This document shows, in pieces, positions 1 through 13,105 of a DNA stretch of 64,000 nucleotides. This DNA is from Podarcis pityusensis (taxonomy: Eukaryota): assembly GCA_964106645.2 (NCBI GenBank), contig OZ067041.1. One strand, written 5' to 3'. The stretch's first letter is position 1, and each line of letters starts with the position of its first letter. A model generated the notes under the pieces. The model worked only from the letters and a program-made list of their open reading frames with translations, was not told the origin of the DNA and did not search any database. Made by a program: the position numbers and the translations under genes.

Positions 1-126
1 TAGTCATGCTGGCCACATGACCCGGAAGCTGTACGCCTGCTCCCTTGGCCAATAAAGCGAGATGAGCGCCGCAACCCCAGAGTCGGCCACGACTGGACCT
101 AATGGTCAGAGGTCCCTTTACCTTTT
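1..126 (+). mobile_element. Sauria SINE, 3' part (cut by the window edge)
   Basis: ccagagtcggccacgactggacctaatggtc...ccctttacctt tail, the Bov-B/RTE-related 3' end. Confidence 0.85.
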
Positions 127-366
127 TTATACCACTTTTAACAGCCGTGACTTCCTGCAAAGAATCCCAGGAACTGTAGTTTAAGGGTGCTGAGTTGTCA
201 GCGGATCTCTATTCCCCTTGCAGAGCTACAATTCTCAGAGTTCCCTGGACAGATTGTTAAACCACTCTGGGAGGAGAAGAAGGGTCTCCTACAACTCTTG
301 TCACCCTTAACAAACTTCAGTTCCCAGAATGCTTTGGGGAAAGCTATGACTATTAAAGTGGTATAA
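127..366. mobile_element. Palindromic MITE-like element
   Basis: Long imperfect inverted repeats: ttataccacttt...ggaactgtagttt and aaacttcagttccc...aaagtggtataa. Confidence 0.65.
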
Positions 367-3300
367 TAGTGCTTTGACTGTATTGTGTGGGTGTGACCCT
401 AATGAGCTTCATGGAGACATAGGAATTAGAACCCAGTTTTCTCTAGTCCTAGGCCAAGTCTCTAGCCTTACTACACTTTGACTCCCTGGGCTCTTTACAC
501 TGGCTGCAGCCAAATTCTAGAAATGAACCCTGAGGTTCTTTCTCATCCTTTAAAGCATATCTAAATCTTCCCGTAGCCTTTCAACTCTCCCTTCCCCTAG
601 TTCCCTTTCCTTTTGTCATAGAGTTTTAGAAACCAGCTTGCAAGTAGGGGTGTATCTGGTAGCAAAGCGACAACTGACACGTTACAACTTTCTCATTCTC
701 TTATTGACCTTTTATTTATTTTGATGGTACTAAGAACAAACCGGTACATTTTTAAACAAATTGTTTAAATAAGCAATTAGTGCTGTACTGCGCAATTAGG
801 ACTGCAGTCCTAGATCCACTTCCTTGGGAGTAAGCCCCTTTGAACTCAATGGTACACCCACAAAGGTTGCTCTGTGGGAAAGAATCACACCTGTCTTCTC
901 TCATACCCAGGATGTGCTGTTCTGACTAGCTCCTCTATTGCACTGTGTTCTGTACGGTAGGCAAAGGATAGAACGTGATTGCAAGACACCTGTAGGTAAA
1001 GAAGGGGAATGGTGTAGGAAGACGCAATGTCCAAAGCCTTGGAGAACACCTACAACCCCCATCAGCCACAGCCAGCATGGGCAATAGTTGGGGTTGATGG
1101 GAGTTGTAGTCTAGCTACACTTGCAGAGCCACAGAGCCAATGTCAATTTGATACGGTAAGAACTAATGATTCACCTTCACCCCATTACTTAACAACTAGA
1201 AAGCTGGGTGTCCCATTGTCCAGCACCTTACAACAGTGCTTGGGCTGACTTCAGTCTTGAGAGTTCTGCTTACTAGGATTCCCGTGACCTCCTAATAATG
1301 CGTTACAGCAAGAGGACATGCCATTATTTGAAACAGACGAGCCACAAGTAATCTGCAATCCCGAGTGTGCACTCTTTCTTCAGAATATAAGAAGTGCCTT
1401 GCTGGATCAAACCTAGCTCACCCTAGGTTTTGAGAATCCCAGCAGATATTAGAGAAATTGGGCATGGTCTCCAAGTTTCCAGGACAAAGTGCTCTCTCTC
1501 TCTTTTACTGCAGTACTTGCTGACACAAAGAGGAAACATTTTCCACATCGTGTTTTGAAGCATAAGCCTTATGTTGGTATAAGATCTTTTCAATAATGTT
1601 TGTTGTGCAATTTTCAGCAGCTGCCAAAACTACATTATCAATGTTTTTATTTTAAATTTGTATTCGTCAAATGACAACCGTGCTTTAAATTCCAAAGAAT
1701 GTAATTTCAATAAATCACGTTTGTTCAAGATCTGCAATTCTCACTGGAAATAACTAATGAGAACAGAAAGCTGCAGCAGTTCCCATTACGTTATTGTTTG
1801 ATCGCATTCGCTGGATTTTTACTTTCCTTTGTTCCCTTTGTAACCCCACCCTTGTTAAAGGAAGCTCTCATAAGTAATGGGGGGCAAGCAGGAAAAAAAT
1901 ATGCACCTCGTACTCCTTAGCATTTTTACAGTGCAATCCTAGGCATGTCTACTCAGAAGTAAGACTCATTGAGTTCAGTGGGACTTACTGCATGGTAAGT
2001 GTGCATAGGATTGCCGCCTTGGAATACACTCTGTAATCCTTACGACTTCCTTGTAAAATTGGATCAATTTTATCACCATGTCTATATCGTGCATCCAAGG
2101 GGCTGGAGCTGGAACATGCTGATGAGATGAAGGCCATTTGGTGAGTTCATAGCAGAGGCCAAGATTAGATACGGTAATTTCTGTTTCATAGCTCAGCCTC
2201 TTTACCACTATTCTACACTAAGCAAACAAGAATATATGAGGGTAAGTATTAGGGATTTGCAACTGCTCCATATCAGGGCTGATTTTACCATTCCCTGGGA
2301 CAAACTGATGTCAACACAGCACCATGAGTCCAATCAAGACTCCACAAAGCTCTTTGTTGCGCTGCCACTCTGTTTTTCTGTAATCTGTTCTATACAGTAT
2401 ATATCTATGTTTTCCATGTCTCTCACTTTACTCCAGGTCTGTGGGCTTGGCAAGAAGTGAGGCTTTCTCAGTTCTGCCTACAGAGCACTAGAGGAGCTCT
2501 GGATTATTGTGGTTGGAGCAGAGCAGTAGAGGGGTTTTTTTTAAGTTTAAAGCTTCATTTAACAACATAAAAAATAAAAATAATAATTTGCCTGCTTGAA
2601 AACAAAAATTGTCCTGCCTGCTTGACAACAAAAATCCTCTATAGCTCTGCATTGCAAGTTGGATGTCATACTCTCCCAACACAAACAAGCACTGGGAAAG
2701 CTAAACTGACCAGTGCAAAGCTGTGAGTGTGTTTTCTTTTAAGTACAAGCAAGAATACACAACACTTGCCCACATATCATTTTAAAATAGGAAAAAGAAC
2801 CCCACTCTTGAAAGTATGAAATTAAAATGGATTGTTGAAGGTGGCCTATAAGGATATTGCTGTCCCTTTTATTTGCAAGACCCTTTTATCATTCCCTTGA
2901 ACCTGCAATTTAGTAGGCTTAATCCACTTGATGCCTGCAAATTTGATAATCTTTTGCAAAAAGGGGGGGATGGGGAGTTAAAACTGTTCTTGAGTTACCC
3001 ATAAGAGAGATTGGGGAACGCAGAGCTTTATTTTATATAGTGCACCTGGGAACCCGAATTGCATCTCAAAGCACACAGAAACTTGCAAACATCATTTTAA
3101 AAAACCTGCATGGAGACAAGATCCATCTTCAACCCCATGAACACCCCCAGAAAACAATTTACATTAGTCATCTAGTTGTCTTCGTAGATGCACTCATGCT
3201 CACTTTCCTTTGCAATGATAAGGTTCATTGTCTTCTTCACAAATGTCAGCCATCTCTTCCAGATTTAATGGTCTCAGAGAAGACATTATTTCTAATCGCA

Positions 3301-3429
3301 ACAGTGCGAAACCTCACATAATGCAACAGAGTTCTCTTTGTTTTACAGACAAAAATGCAATGGAAACAATATAAAAACGTTAAGATCAGAAATCACTAAC
3401 TCTTATGGAGAGATGTACTGTATTCTTAA

Positions 3430-3990
3430 TCACCTGCATAAGCCTGATTGCATAGAAAGGTTTTCAGCAGGCATTTAAAAGTTGGCACAGTCTGCTACTG
3501 GCAGTGTCTTCCACAGGACTGGGCCAATGACATTAAAGGCTTAGTTTCTTGTTTTTGTCAAACAAGCCTTGTCAGCTTGCAGAATGGCCAAGAAGGCTTC
3601 AGCAGTTGATCTCTGTGATCAAGCTTGGACCAAAGTTGCTCAGGGCTTTGTAGATTAATACAAGGACCTTGAACCTGGCTCAGTAGTAGACGGACAGCAA
3701 ATGCAGATATTTTAACAATGGTGTCACATATTGCTAGCCAGCTGCCTTCACCAGCAGCCTGGTCACCATACTCTGCACCAGCTGACGCTTCAAAGCCAAA
3801 ACCAAGGGCAGCCCTACATTGCAGAAATCCAGCCTTGATATTACCAACACAAGAACTGCAGTGGTCAGACTATCTCTGTCCAGGAACAACTCCAGCTTGC
3901 CAACCAGGTGGAGCTGATAAAAGGCCCTCCTAGCCACAGGGGGCACCTGGACCTCTGATGTCAAATATGTATCTACCCCCAAGCCATGCA
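3430..3990 (-). mobile_element. L2-clade LINE fragment (RT C-terminus and 3' end)
   Basis: Minus-strand translation VLVISRLDFCNVGLP...KRQLVQSMVTRLL resembles the L2 motif LVxSRLDYCNxLLxGLP...LQxVQNxAARL. Confidence 0.8.
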
Positions 3991-6900
3991 CTTGCTCATT
4001 CAAAGAGAGTGCAACTCCATCCGGAATGGGTAACCCGACTGTCTCCCATAGAGCAGATCTATGCACCAGGAAAGAAGCAAATGTACAGGAATGGAAGACC
4101 TTCTCACACCACAAATCTCTCCTGTCTCGCCCCACTCCCAAACCTCTGGGGGAGTCCTGAATAGCAGGGGCTGGTGACATGGCGAATGGCAGAAAGGTGG
4201 AAGGAAAATCTTTCCAAATCAAGCAGAGGTGCCTTGAACGTTCAACAGAGCTCCACTTATCCGAGGTGCTGCCTCTGCCTGGTTTGGGGTGACTGCCATG
4301 TACACACTATTCTGGACTGCGCTTGAACCTTTTAGGGTATGCAGGAAATATTTTACAATTTTTTTTTAAAGTGTTCTCCTCCCCCTTCCCTTCTACTCCC
4401 CTTCTACTGCCATGATCTAAACTTCAGAGGCCATTGCATACCTAGACCGATAGATGGCGATAACAAACTGTGTAATATCACCTGCTGATCTACTGCTAGT
4501 TGTTACATAGGAAGTGCTGAGCAGCTGTTGGTGCCCAGGCAGAAAGTTTAGGTAGGAAAACAGAATGCCACTTCCTCTTTACACATCCAACCCCCGACTC
4601 TCTACACACAGATAACATTTCTTTGTAAGGGCAGGAATGCCCAGTCATGATGTGACATGCTTATTTTTGCTGTTAAACACAGCCCAAGAAATATTGGGCT
4701 CCATTTGGGGAGAACAATGCTTCTGTGGAATTCCTCAGGAATATTAACAGCAAAGGTACAGCCAGGACAGGCTTTCCCCTGCTATAGGGTCCTCTGTGAT
4801 GGACTAACAGCACAGTGCTACTTAGCTTATGATGCCTCAGTTAAAAGCTTTCTGTACTTCGTGGCTTTTAAGATGCCTCTCTCTTTAATATGTCGCAGTT
4901 CCTCCTGATTGTATACCACAGGTGTTATTTTAAATGCCAGAGATGGCATACCCTCCAACATCCTGGCGAGACAAATCAGTACATGACCTTGATGGAGGCC
5001 ACGCCCCCTCACACAGGCCCCGCCCCTTCTCGGCTATCAGCTCCCTCCCTCAGAGCTCACTACTCCCCACCCCACCCCACTGAGGGCCCCTTACACACCT
5101 TCACTCACCACCTCCTCAGCCGCTTCAGGGGCCGCAGTACACTGCTTTCCAGCCGACGTACTTTTGGAAGCAATGCTTCATTTCTGGAAGCTAGCGCAGC
5201 TTCCGGAAGGAGGAAGAAGAGGGGTTCCAGCTTTCAGCCAGAGCACGGGATCCAAAATGAGACATTCAGGATTGGGATTAGAAGGCCAGGGTGGTTTCTG
5301 TAAATCTGGGGTGCCCTTCTTTAAAAGAGACAGTTGTGCTGCCTGGAGATGAGAAGTTTGTGGGTTGCTAGGTGTTGTTGGACCACAACTCCCATCAGAT
5401 CCAGCCAGCATGGACAATGGCCAGGGATTAGGGGAGTTGTAGTAGGACAACACCATCTGGAAGGATGTAGCATTCACATCCCTAGTTTTGGGTCATGCAT
5501 AGGATTAGTAGAACTTTAAAAAAAAATAAAAATTGTGAACTATTTATATCTTCAGTACTCTGTGTAGATCCCACAGGGGACAAGGAAATCTAACCCTTGC
5601 TCTGAAGTGTTCTCTATGTGCACACTAAATACATGGATGGGGGAGTGGCCTCAACCTCTGATGCTAACCCTGCCCTCAGGACTCCCTGCCTGAGCATCTA
5701 AAAGCAGTATGTAGACGTGAGGTGCTTGATACAAATGGAAGCTCTTATCCCTCATGCTCCTGTATCACATATACAGCTATGTATTGGTACAAGAGGGTGC
5801 TGGGCGCTGTTTGCACTGGCAGCTAAGTAAGAGAGAGATGGGAGAAGCCAACAAATCTGCCTGCCAGTCACTCTCTCACTGCCCTGCTGATGTTGAGACC
5901 CATGAGTTTTGTCAGGGGGACCAGGAAGTGGAGAGAAACACCAGGTGCAGCTTATTGCTGCTACCTTCTTTCTCTTTCTTTCTTTTGCTCTTTTGCTGCT
6001 GTGGAAAAGGTGTGGTAGATCCATTTCTGTGGATGCTTGTGGGCAACAATTCATGCTGCTCAGGCTGAGAGCCTGGATGAGTTGAAGAGTGGTGGTGAAA
6101 GGTGTTAATGTTGCTCCAAAGCCACAGAGTGAGGGTCGATTGGGGCAAACTGAGGCCTCTTCGTGTGAGACAGATTGCTAAGACCATTGGTTGTTCAGCC
6201 TTGAATGTTAATAACAGTAGCTAGGCGGCTGAGCTGGTTTCACACATGATGCTAAGGCACAGTATAATAAACCATTGTGTAATAAACCATGGTTTAGTGT
6301 TATGTATGAACCAGGCCAATGTAGACAATACTGAGCTAGACAGACCAGTGATCTGACTTGTTATAAGGTAGCTTCCCATATTCCTATGTTACCTGTGAAA
6401 GCAATGCACCAGTTATCGCTACAGTAATGAGAGGTAGAAGGAAACCTTTTAAACCTTAAAGAAGGAAGTCTTTCAGGGTGCATATCAACAGCCACCTCAA
6501 TCGCATCTTCATTTCCAATAGCTTTGCTGAAGCTGCACACTGCTACAGACTGATCTCCCAATTTGGCTATAGAAACATTTTAAGATGTGGAAGTTGAAAT
6601 GACTAACAGAAGAGGACACTGTTCAGCTCAGTGTGTTTAAGACCACAAGGTTTGCATGTGTGGCTTTAATTTTTCTTCTTCACTGTCGACTTCTCACAGA
6701 CCACAAAGAGGTTGGCAAGCAGAAGACAGTTACAGCAGTCCAGCAAATAGACCACAGGAACCCTGAGCAGAATAAGAAACAGAACAAATGCTCATAGGGA
6801 TATATGCTTTTTAGTCATAGCAACCTTCTTTGATCTTAACTCAGCTGAGGCAACGTGAGAGGAAACAGATTTGTGCTTAACAGATTGTGCTTTTTAGGTA

Positions 6901-9900
6901 TTTTCCACATAGATTGCTCCTCTTCTTTTCCCTTTTTATCTGAAAGCTGCAGCAACATATCCGCTCAGCTTTCTGAAGGTAGAATTATTATTTAAAAGAT
7001 GAGATTGTATTTGTTTTGCATAATGATTTTATTCATAATTTATTATGAAGGCCTGGGTCGTTCTCATCGCAAGATCAATAAACAAGCTCAAACTAAAATG
7101 CTCCTTGGCAGCATTTTAATATCTAAAAACACAGCAGAATCATGTCTTCCCATCCAAACCTTTCTCCTAAAGTTTACCTCCTTTCCTCACAAACTGATAT
7201 ATGCTTACATAAGGAGGGACCTGTAATAAAATGTTACAGTGTGTGCAGGGTCTCCTGTTTACTGTCCCAGTCTGTTAGCCACGCCCTCTACCTGCTCCAT
7301 TCAATTTTCCTCCACAGGGGCAGGGTTAGCCACCTGTGGGGCCTCGGTGGAGTCTGCCTGCCTCCTCCCACTCAGCCACCCTACAGCTGAGGGGGAGGCA
7401 GCGGATGGACCATTTGGGGAGTGCGGAGCCTGCGGGTGCCCAAGCCACCGTGTCACTCCCAGAAGAGCCGTGTGGCTCAGGCATGCTGCAGGCCCTGTGG
7501 TGAGTGCCGCCCGCCATTTTGTCACCCCTCCTCAGTGGTGACACCTGGGGAGCCTGCTCCCACCGCCCCCCTTCCCTGCCCCTGGCTTCATGGCCAAGTG
7601 GGGATTTGGAGCCTGGTCTACAAGCTCATGCTTTGCCACTACCCCTGGCTGTAGAAGGAACTGCTGAAGTGGTCAAACCAGGCTCTTTCCTGGGTTAATG
7701 CCTTAGCAAAGTCTTTTAAGCATCTCTGCATGGCTAAAGGGTTTGCCAAGTACAGATGTGTTGCCACAGAAACTACTAACTAGTGGTGCTTCCAGAAGAA
7801 GGGGCAGATCTTCCTGCCCACCCCACAATTTCTCTCATTTACTCAGTTCTATATTATGCCCTATATCTCTCACCCAATGTATCATAGCTGATTTAACCAG
7901 TCTTTTGACTCCCACCAAGTCACCTTCACTCTAAGGAAACCCAACCTGTGGTGTGCTGGCACCAGGGCGGCATGTCCTGTTCCATTTCACCACCTGAGGT
8001 GAAATAGAAACATGCCACACTTCAGTGTCTCTGCGGCCTCCCTTATTTGGTTGTGTGGCTATACCCAGCAAGTTCTCTCAAGAGTTCACTGAAATGTCAT
8101 GCAATCTTGGTGAGATTTCATAAAATTTCAATGAGCTGTTTCTGTTTCGGGCACCACTTCTCCACCAGTGGTGGTGGCGGTGGCGGCAGGGCAGGCAAGG
8201 CACCCATGAGGGGGCAGCTTTTGGGCTTCCACCAGCCAAGGTGGCTACCTCAATTCACCTCATGGGTGGAACAGCCCCGACCTCATGGGTGGGATGGCCC
8301 CGGCCGACAACCTCTGAAGTCTCCCACTGCTCAGAGACTGACGTACGTGTAATACTGATGTTAGAAGCAGGATTGTGTTTCTTGGAACAGGAATTGTGAG
8401 CAAGCTGTGCCTGAGCTAAGGTGAGAGAAACAGCAATACGCCTGGAACAGATCAACTTGATGTTCCAGCAGCTTAAAAGCATTGAAGATACAGCAGCAAG
8501 CAGAGCACCAAACACAGATGATGGAATAGCTTAAAAGCAGTCTTGAACAGCAGAAGCATTACTGAGCAGCAAATGGAGCTGCAGAACCAGAGACTGAATA
8601 GGTCATGCCATCAGATTACGGGGAGCCTTGAAGGGGGAAATGGCGACCTCCGATGTGAGCTTATGAAGACTCTTAAGTTCACACATAAGAAGGTGAGAGT
8701 TTTGCCTGTTCAGCCTCTACAAATGGTTGAGAATGACCCAGAAGCTCAGTCGCAGAGTACTCAGATGGGGTGGCTAAGGAGATCAAGGGCAGCTGGAAGA
8801 CATAAAGATTGGAAGTCAGTTGTGGAGAAGGAAGAGACTTTGACTATTTAGGAGTCTGCAAATGGGTAGCAGACAGAAGGAGTAGAAGCCTCAATAATGG
8901 GAGAAGAACAAGCAAGAGATGGAGGAAGCAAGTGCCACAGAGAGCACTGAAGACACACCCAGAGCACATCCAGACTGCCCCCCATCCTATAACAATATTC
9001 TGTTTACTTTTCAGCTTTTTAAAAACAAATTTTACCTGCATACTTACTTGTGGAGGGTGTATACACTTCCTTTTATATCAGGTCTTGCATGCTCTTGCTT
9101 AAAACCCTTATCGATGGTTTTAGCAGCGTCCACCAAGTTCCCAGGAACTAGCACTCCCCCAAATTACATTTCTTCTTTGAGAAACAATTTAAGACCTTTG
9201 TGTGGGGGAGGCAGTTGCTCATATTTGATATGATGCTGAAACATGAAGTGAAGCTGATTTGACCTCTTTGGAAGTTACCCAGAATTAGTTCTTAAGAACA
9301 CTCTTGTGCTTTCCTTGTGACACTGCTGCACTGCTTCATGGTTCCCTTTTATTAAAGTCTCTTTCCACAATATGCTACTTATGCCATCCAAGTCATATGC
9401 CTGACACCAGGTTGCCTAAACAGGCCAATGTTTTCAACAGGGGCAATAAATGAAAAGGCTATTTTGTATATTACGCCTGTCCTATAAATGTCTCAGCATA
9501 TCTGACATGATTATCCAGAAGAGATTGACTTAACTTTTGGAGAAGTTCTTGCAGCATAACATCAAAATGAGTTCTAATTGTTTTCTATGTGGCCTTGTTG
9601 CCTTACAGTTCACTATGCCAAAAAAAAAAAAAATTTATAAACTCTTCCAAACAATGCAATCTTTCCCCACTCTCTCATCACACTCTCCTCTGAACATAAT
9701 AGGATGTTTATTTTAATTATTTCATGAAATTTATACACCTTTTGATAGTAAAAACACCCACCCACCCTCAAAGCAATTTACAAAAGATAAAACAGTAAAA
9801 TCAAGAAAAATTACAACCCTCCTTTAAAATATACAAACGCTAGTTAGAGAATATTGTATATTATTTATTAAACTACCCATTATGTAATGGCTCAGATGAG

Positions 9901-10004
9901 TTGGTTCTCTTAGAGCCCTTAATGAATTCCTAGACTTTGTTAAGGTTTGATACTTGTTATGCAATCAAAGCACAATATGTAACCCATAGAATAATAATAA
10001 TAAT

Positions 10005-10470
10005 ATTTTTTATTTTTATGTTATTTTTATTTATACCCCACCCTCCTCAGCCAAGACTGGACTCAGGGCGGCTAACACCAAATTTAAAATACAGCTAAAA
10101 AACCCCAAAAACCCAAATTAATTAAAATACTGCTTAAAATACAGCTTAAGATGGAGCCTCGTTTTACTGGCGGCCCATAAATCAAGACCTTAAGGGAAGG
10201 AAACATCAAATATTCACCAAGGCCAGCTATCTATGCTGGTCCTACATGGGCCAGCAAAAGGGCTGAGGGAAAATTTATATGCAGGATCCCATATAAGGGG
10301 TTCCATCAAAAAAAGAAGAGGGGAGGTCAGACTGAGTCCAGACCAAAGGCCTGATGGAACAGCTCTGTCTTGCAGGCCCTGTGGAAAGATTTCAAATCCC
10401 ACAGGGTCCTGGTCTCCTGCGACAGAGCGTTCCACCAGGCCGGGGCCAGTGCTGAAAAGGCCTTGGTCTA
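10005..10470 (-). mobile_element. L2-like LINE 3' end
   Basis: TTTA-type tail followed by typical L2 3' sequence (cagagcgttccaccaggccggggccag...gaaaaggcc). Confidence 0.6.
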
Positions 10471-11415
10471 GTCTTTATTTGCTGTTGTAACTTATAAAAT
10501 ATGCTATAAATTGGTGCATTTAGTTGCTTTTTCTTGGACTGATGACCATCTGCTATGCTTTAATCTTGCTGGTGGTAGATACCCTGTGATCTTTCTGTCC
10601 CTACATCTGAATGATTCTAAGTATTCTATTTGAATTCTCATTTTGCATAATGGAATGTTTTACCTTATGGTCAATAAACTTCAAGCAAATATATTTATTA
10701 AGCATAATAAGAATGATGCACAATGTAAGCAAATTATTGTTTACATACACAAAGCAGTAAATAGAATTGCATAGCGAGTCATTATTTATATAACACTATC
10801 AATGTAACATATAATAGTAGACTACCTTCCCAATTGTCCATTCACAAACTGTCCTGTAATTGAAAAATTGCTTTCAGCGTGTTAAGTGATAAAATTATAT
10901 TTGTAATTATGCTTAGTGCTTTGAAGTAAAATGAAACTGTAGTGTGTTTATTCTGTTTTGATTTACTCGTGTTTGCTTAGAGACACTCTCAAATGCCTCT
11001 TATAGAAGCAGCTCTGAATTAATGTGGCACAGCTCCAATAGGATTATTTGAAGTGGTAACATACACTAAGCAGAGCTATGATCTTACAAGTCATAAGCAC
11101 TGCCATACTACTTGCTAAATTGGGCAGCAATCAACAGCATATTTACACAAACTCTGAAAGTATCTCGTTTAGTTCAGCAGCTACAGGAGGATAAGTTTTT
11201 AAAGAACAGTAGCCTTTAGCTTGTTCTGCAAAACAACTGGATCAGAGTGCTTGAATATAATCACCCAGTCTCATCCTACACATATATACAGTATTTACTT
11301 CTGAGAAAATTCAATGGACCTTTTTTCCAGGTAATTAATTATGCATAGGATTGCAGCATGGATGCTGGAACTTACTTAAATCCAAGCACTCTATCTTTAG
11401 GTCTCAGCTGTAATC

Positions 11416-11538
11416 TAAGGTTACCAGACGTCCCCGTTTCTCGGGGACAGTCCCTGGATTTACAAATCAGTCCTCATACAAGATCCATTGAAGTTGAAAA
11501 GTGTCCCTGGATTCACTGAAAAAAATCTGGTAACTTTA
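11416..11538. mobile_element. hAT (Blackjack/MER81-like) MITE, 123 bp
   Basis: TIRs TAAGGTTACCAGA and TCTGGTAACTTTA; perfect 8-bp TSD CTGTAATC at 11408-11415 and 11539-11546. Confidence 0.88.
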
Positions 11539-12343
11539 CTGTAATCATATATGTTGAACTCAGTGAAGCAGCCAAATGGATCTTTGGATAACTCACAGGC
11601 AACCCTTTAACTCCCTCAGAAGGTGGTGGACTCTCTCTCCTTCCTTTAAGGTTTTAAAGCAGTGGCTGGACGGCCATCTGTCATGGATCCTTTAACTGAG
11701 ATTCCTGCATTGCATAGGATTCTACAATTCTATGAACTGCAGCCGATGAATGAATACAGGGAAACATTTTTTGTCCCAAACACTTAAGAGTATGCATCTG
11801 AGCCAGAAGACACGTTCTTCTTGTCTATATGAACGAACTAATATGTACTATAAATTGCAGGTTCTGAATTTTAATTTTAATCCTGTTCTTCAAACGAGGC
11901 TCCCAGAACAGCTTACAAATCACTAAAGAAGAGGCAGTCCCTGCCCTTGAGCTTCATCTAGAAGGGCATGGCACAAAAGCAAAATGGACCGGGGTGGAAA
12001 GAGAAAATACATGGACGCTGGCTAATGTTCTTAGTTACAAGTTCAAAAGACCAATTGGGACAGAATAGCTCCAGGACAGGAGGCACCTTAAGTTCATAGC
12101 CTTTTAGGAGCACAAACTGAGCGGCTCTGCATCCCTTCTCTTTCTCCCTTTGCTGCAGGCTGATGCCAGCTGACAGGTCGATGGAGGGAGGAGCCTGGCC
12201 CCGTCTTCTGGATCTGGAAGGTCAAGAAGAGATGTGCAAGGCGGCAGCAACAAAGCAGTAAAGAATGATGTACATGCAACTCACTTTGTTTTGTGTGATA
12301 TTACAAGAACAGTTAAATCTAAGTAAATGGTCATGGCGATGGA

Positions 12344-12346
<3 letters not shown>

Positions 12347-12383
<37 letters not shown>
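12347..12383. repeat. (AAT)n microsatellite upstream of the TRAPPC10 promoter
   Basis: About 12 AAT units. Confidence 0.95.
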
Positions 12384-12384
<1 letters not shown>

Positions 12385-12906
12385 TTTTAATATTTTCTTT
12401 TATTGTTGTGCCACTACGCCCTATGTTCACATTTATATTAACTGGGGGAAACGACTGCGCAAATAAACCCGGCCAGTGGCAACTTTTTCTTCTCGGGACA
12501 GCCCTGCTCGTCCCCCCCCCCCCGCCCCTCTTCAGAGCGCTGCCTGCTTCTCCCCCGACCCGCCACTTCCTTCTTCCGCCTTGTTCTGTCCTCCCCTTTA
12601 AAGCTTCCGATTCCTGTCGGAGGCCAGCCGCGCCACCTCGAGCCTCCCCTTTAACGCCCCGCTCCTTCCTCCGCCGGAAGCGGTCATGCTGGGTCCCGGC
12701 GATACAGGAAGCGGATGAGCCTGGCACTTGCCTTCCATCCGTGGGGGCTGCGCGCGAGGGGGGGCCCAGTTGGGGGTTTGGGAGGGGGGAGGGGCAGAAG
12801 GAGGGCGCCCCCCCTTTTGAGGCGGCGGCGGCGACGAGGAAGAGCAGCAGCAGCAGCGGCGGGAGAGGGCGCGCCAGGAAGGTGTGGCGGTAGCGGCGGT
12901 GGGTCC

Positions 12907-12945
12907 ATGGCGCGGCGCGGGCGGGGGAGCCGGAGCCGGGGCTGA
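12907..12945 (+). promoter_or_regulatory. Upstream ORF (MARRGRGSRSRG*) in frame with the TRAPPC10 start
   Basis: ATG at 12907, TGA at 12943-12945, then 15 nt to the main ATG at 12961. Confidence 0.6.
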
Positions 12946-12960
12946 GCGCCCTGCCCGCCC

Positions 12961-12987
12961 ATGGAACCCGCCCCGGCGGCGGCGGCG

Positions 12988-13019
<32 letters not shown>

Positions 13020-13105
13020 CGGCGAAGGCGTGTTGGCGGAGGACGACGAGGAGGTGGAGGCGCCGCCGGTCATCTACACCATGGAGAACAAGCCCATCGT
13101 CACCT
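12961..13105 (+). CDS. TRAPPC10: TRAPPC10 coding exon 1
   Basis: MEPAP-A8-E-A6-GEGVLAEDDEEVEAPPVIYTMENKPIVT; donor T|GTGAGT. The choice of start codon is inferred. Confidence 0.88.

Noticed and set aside
1-12300. Exons of the expected upstream neighbour AGPAT3
   Set aside because: No recognisable acyltransferase coding sequence; the region appears intergenic and repeat-derived.
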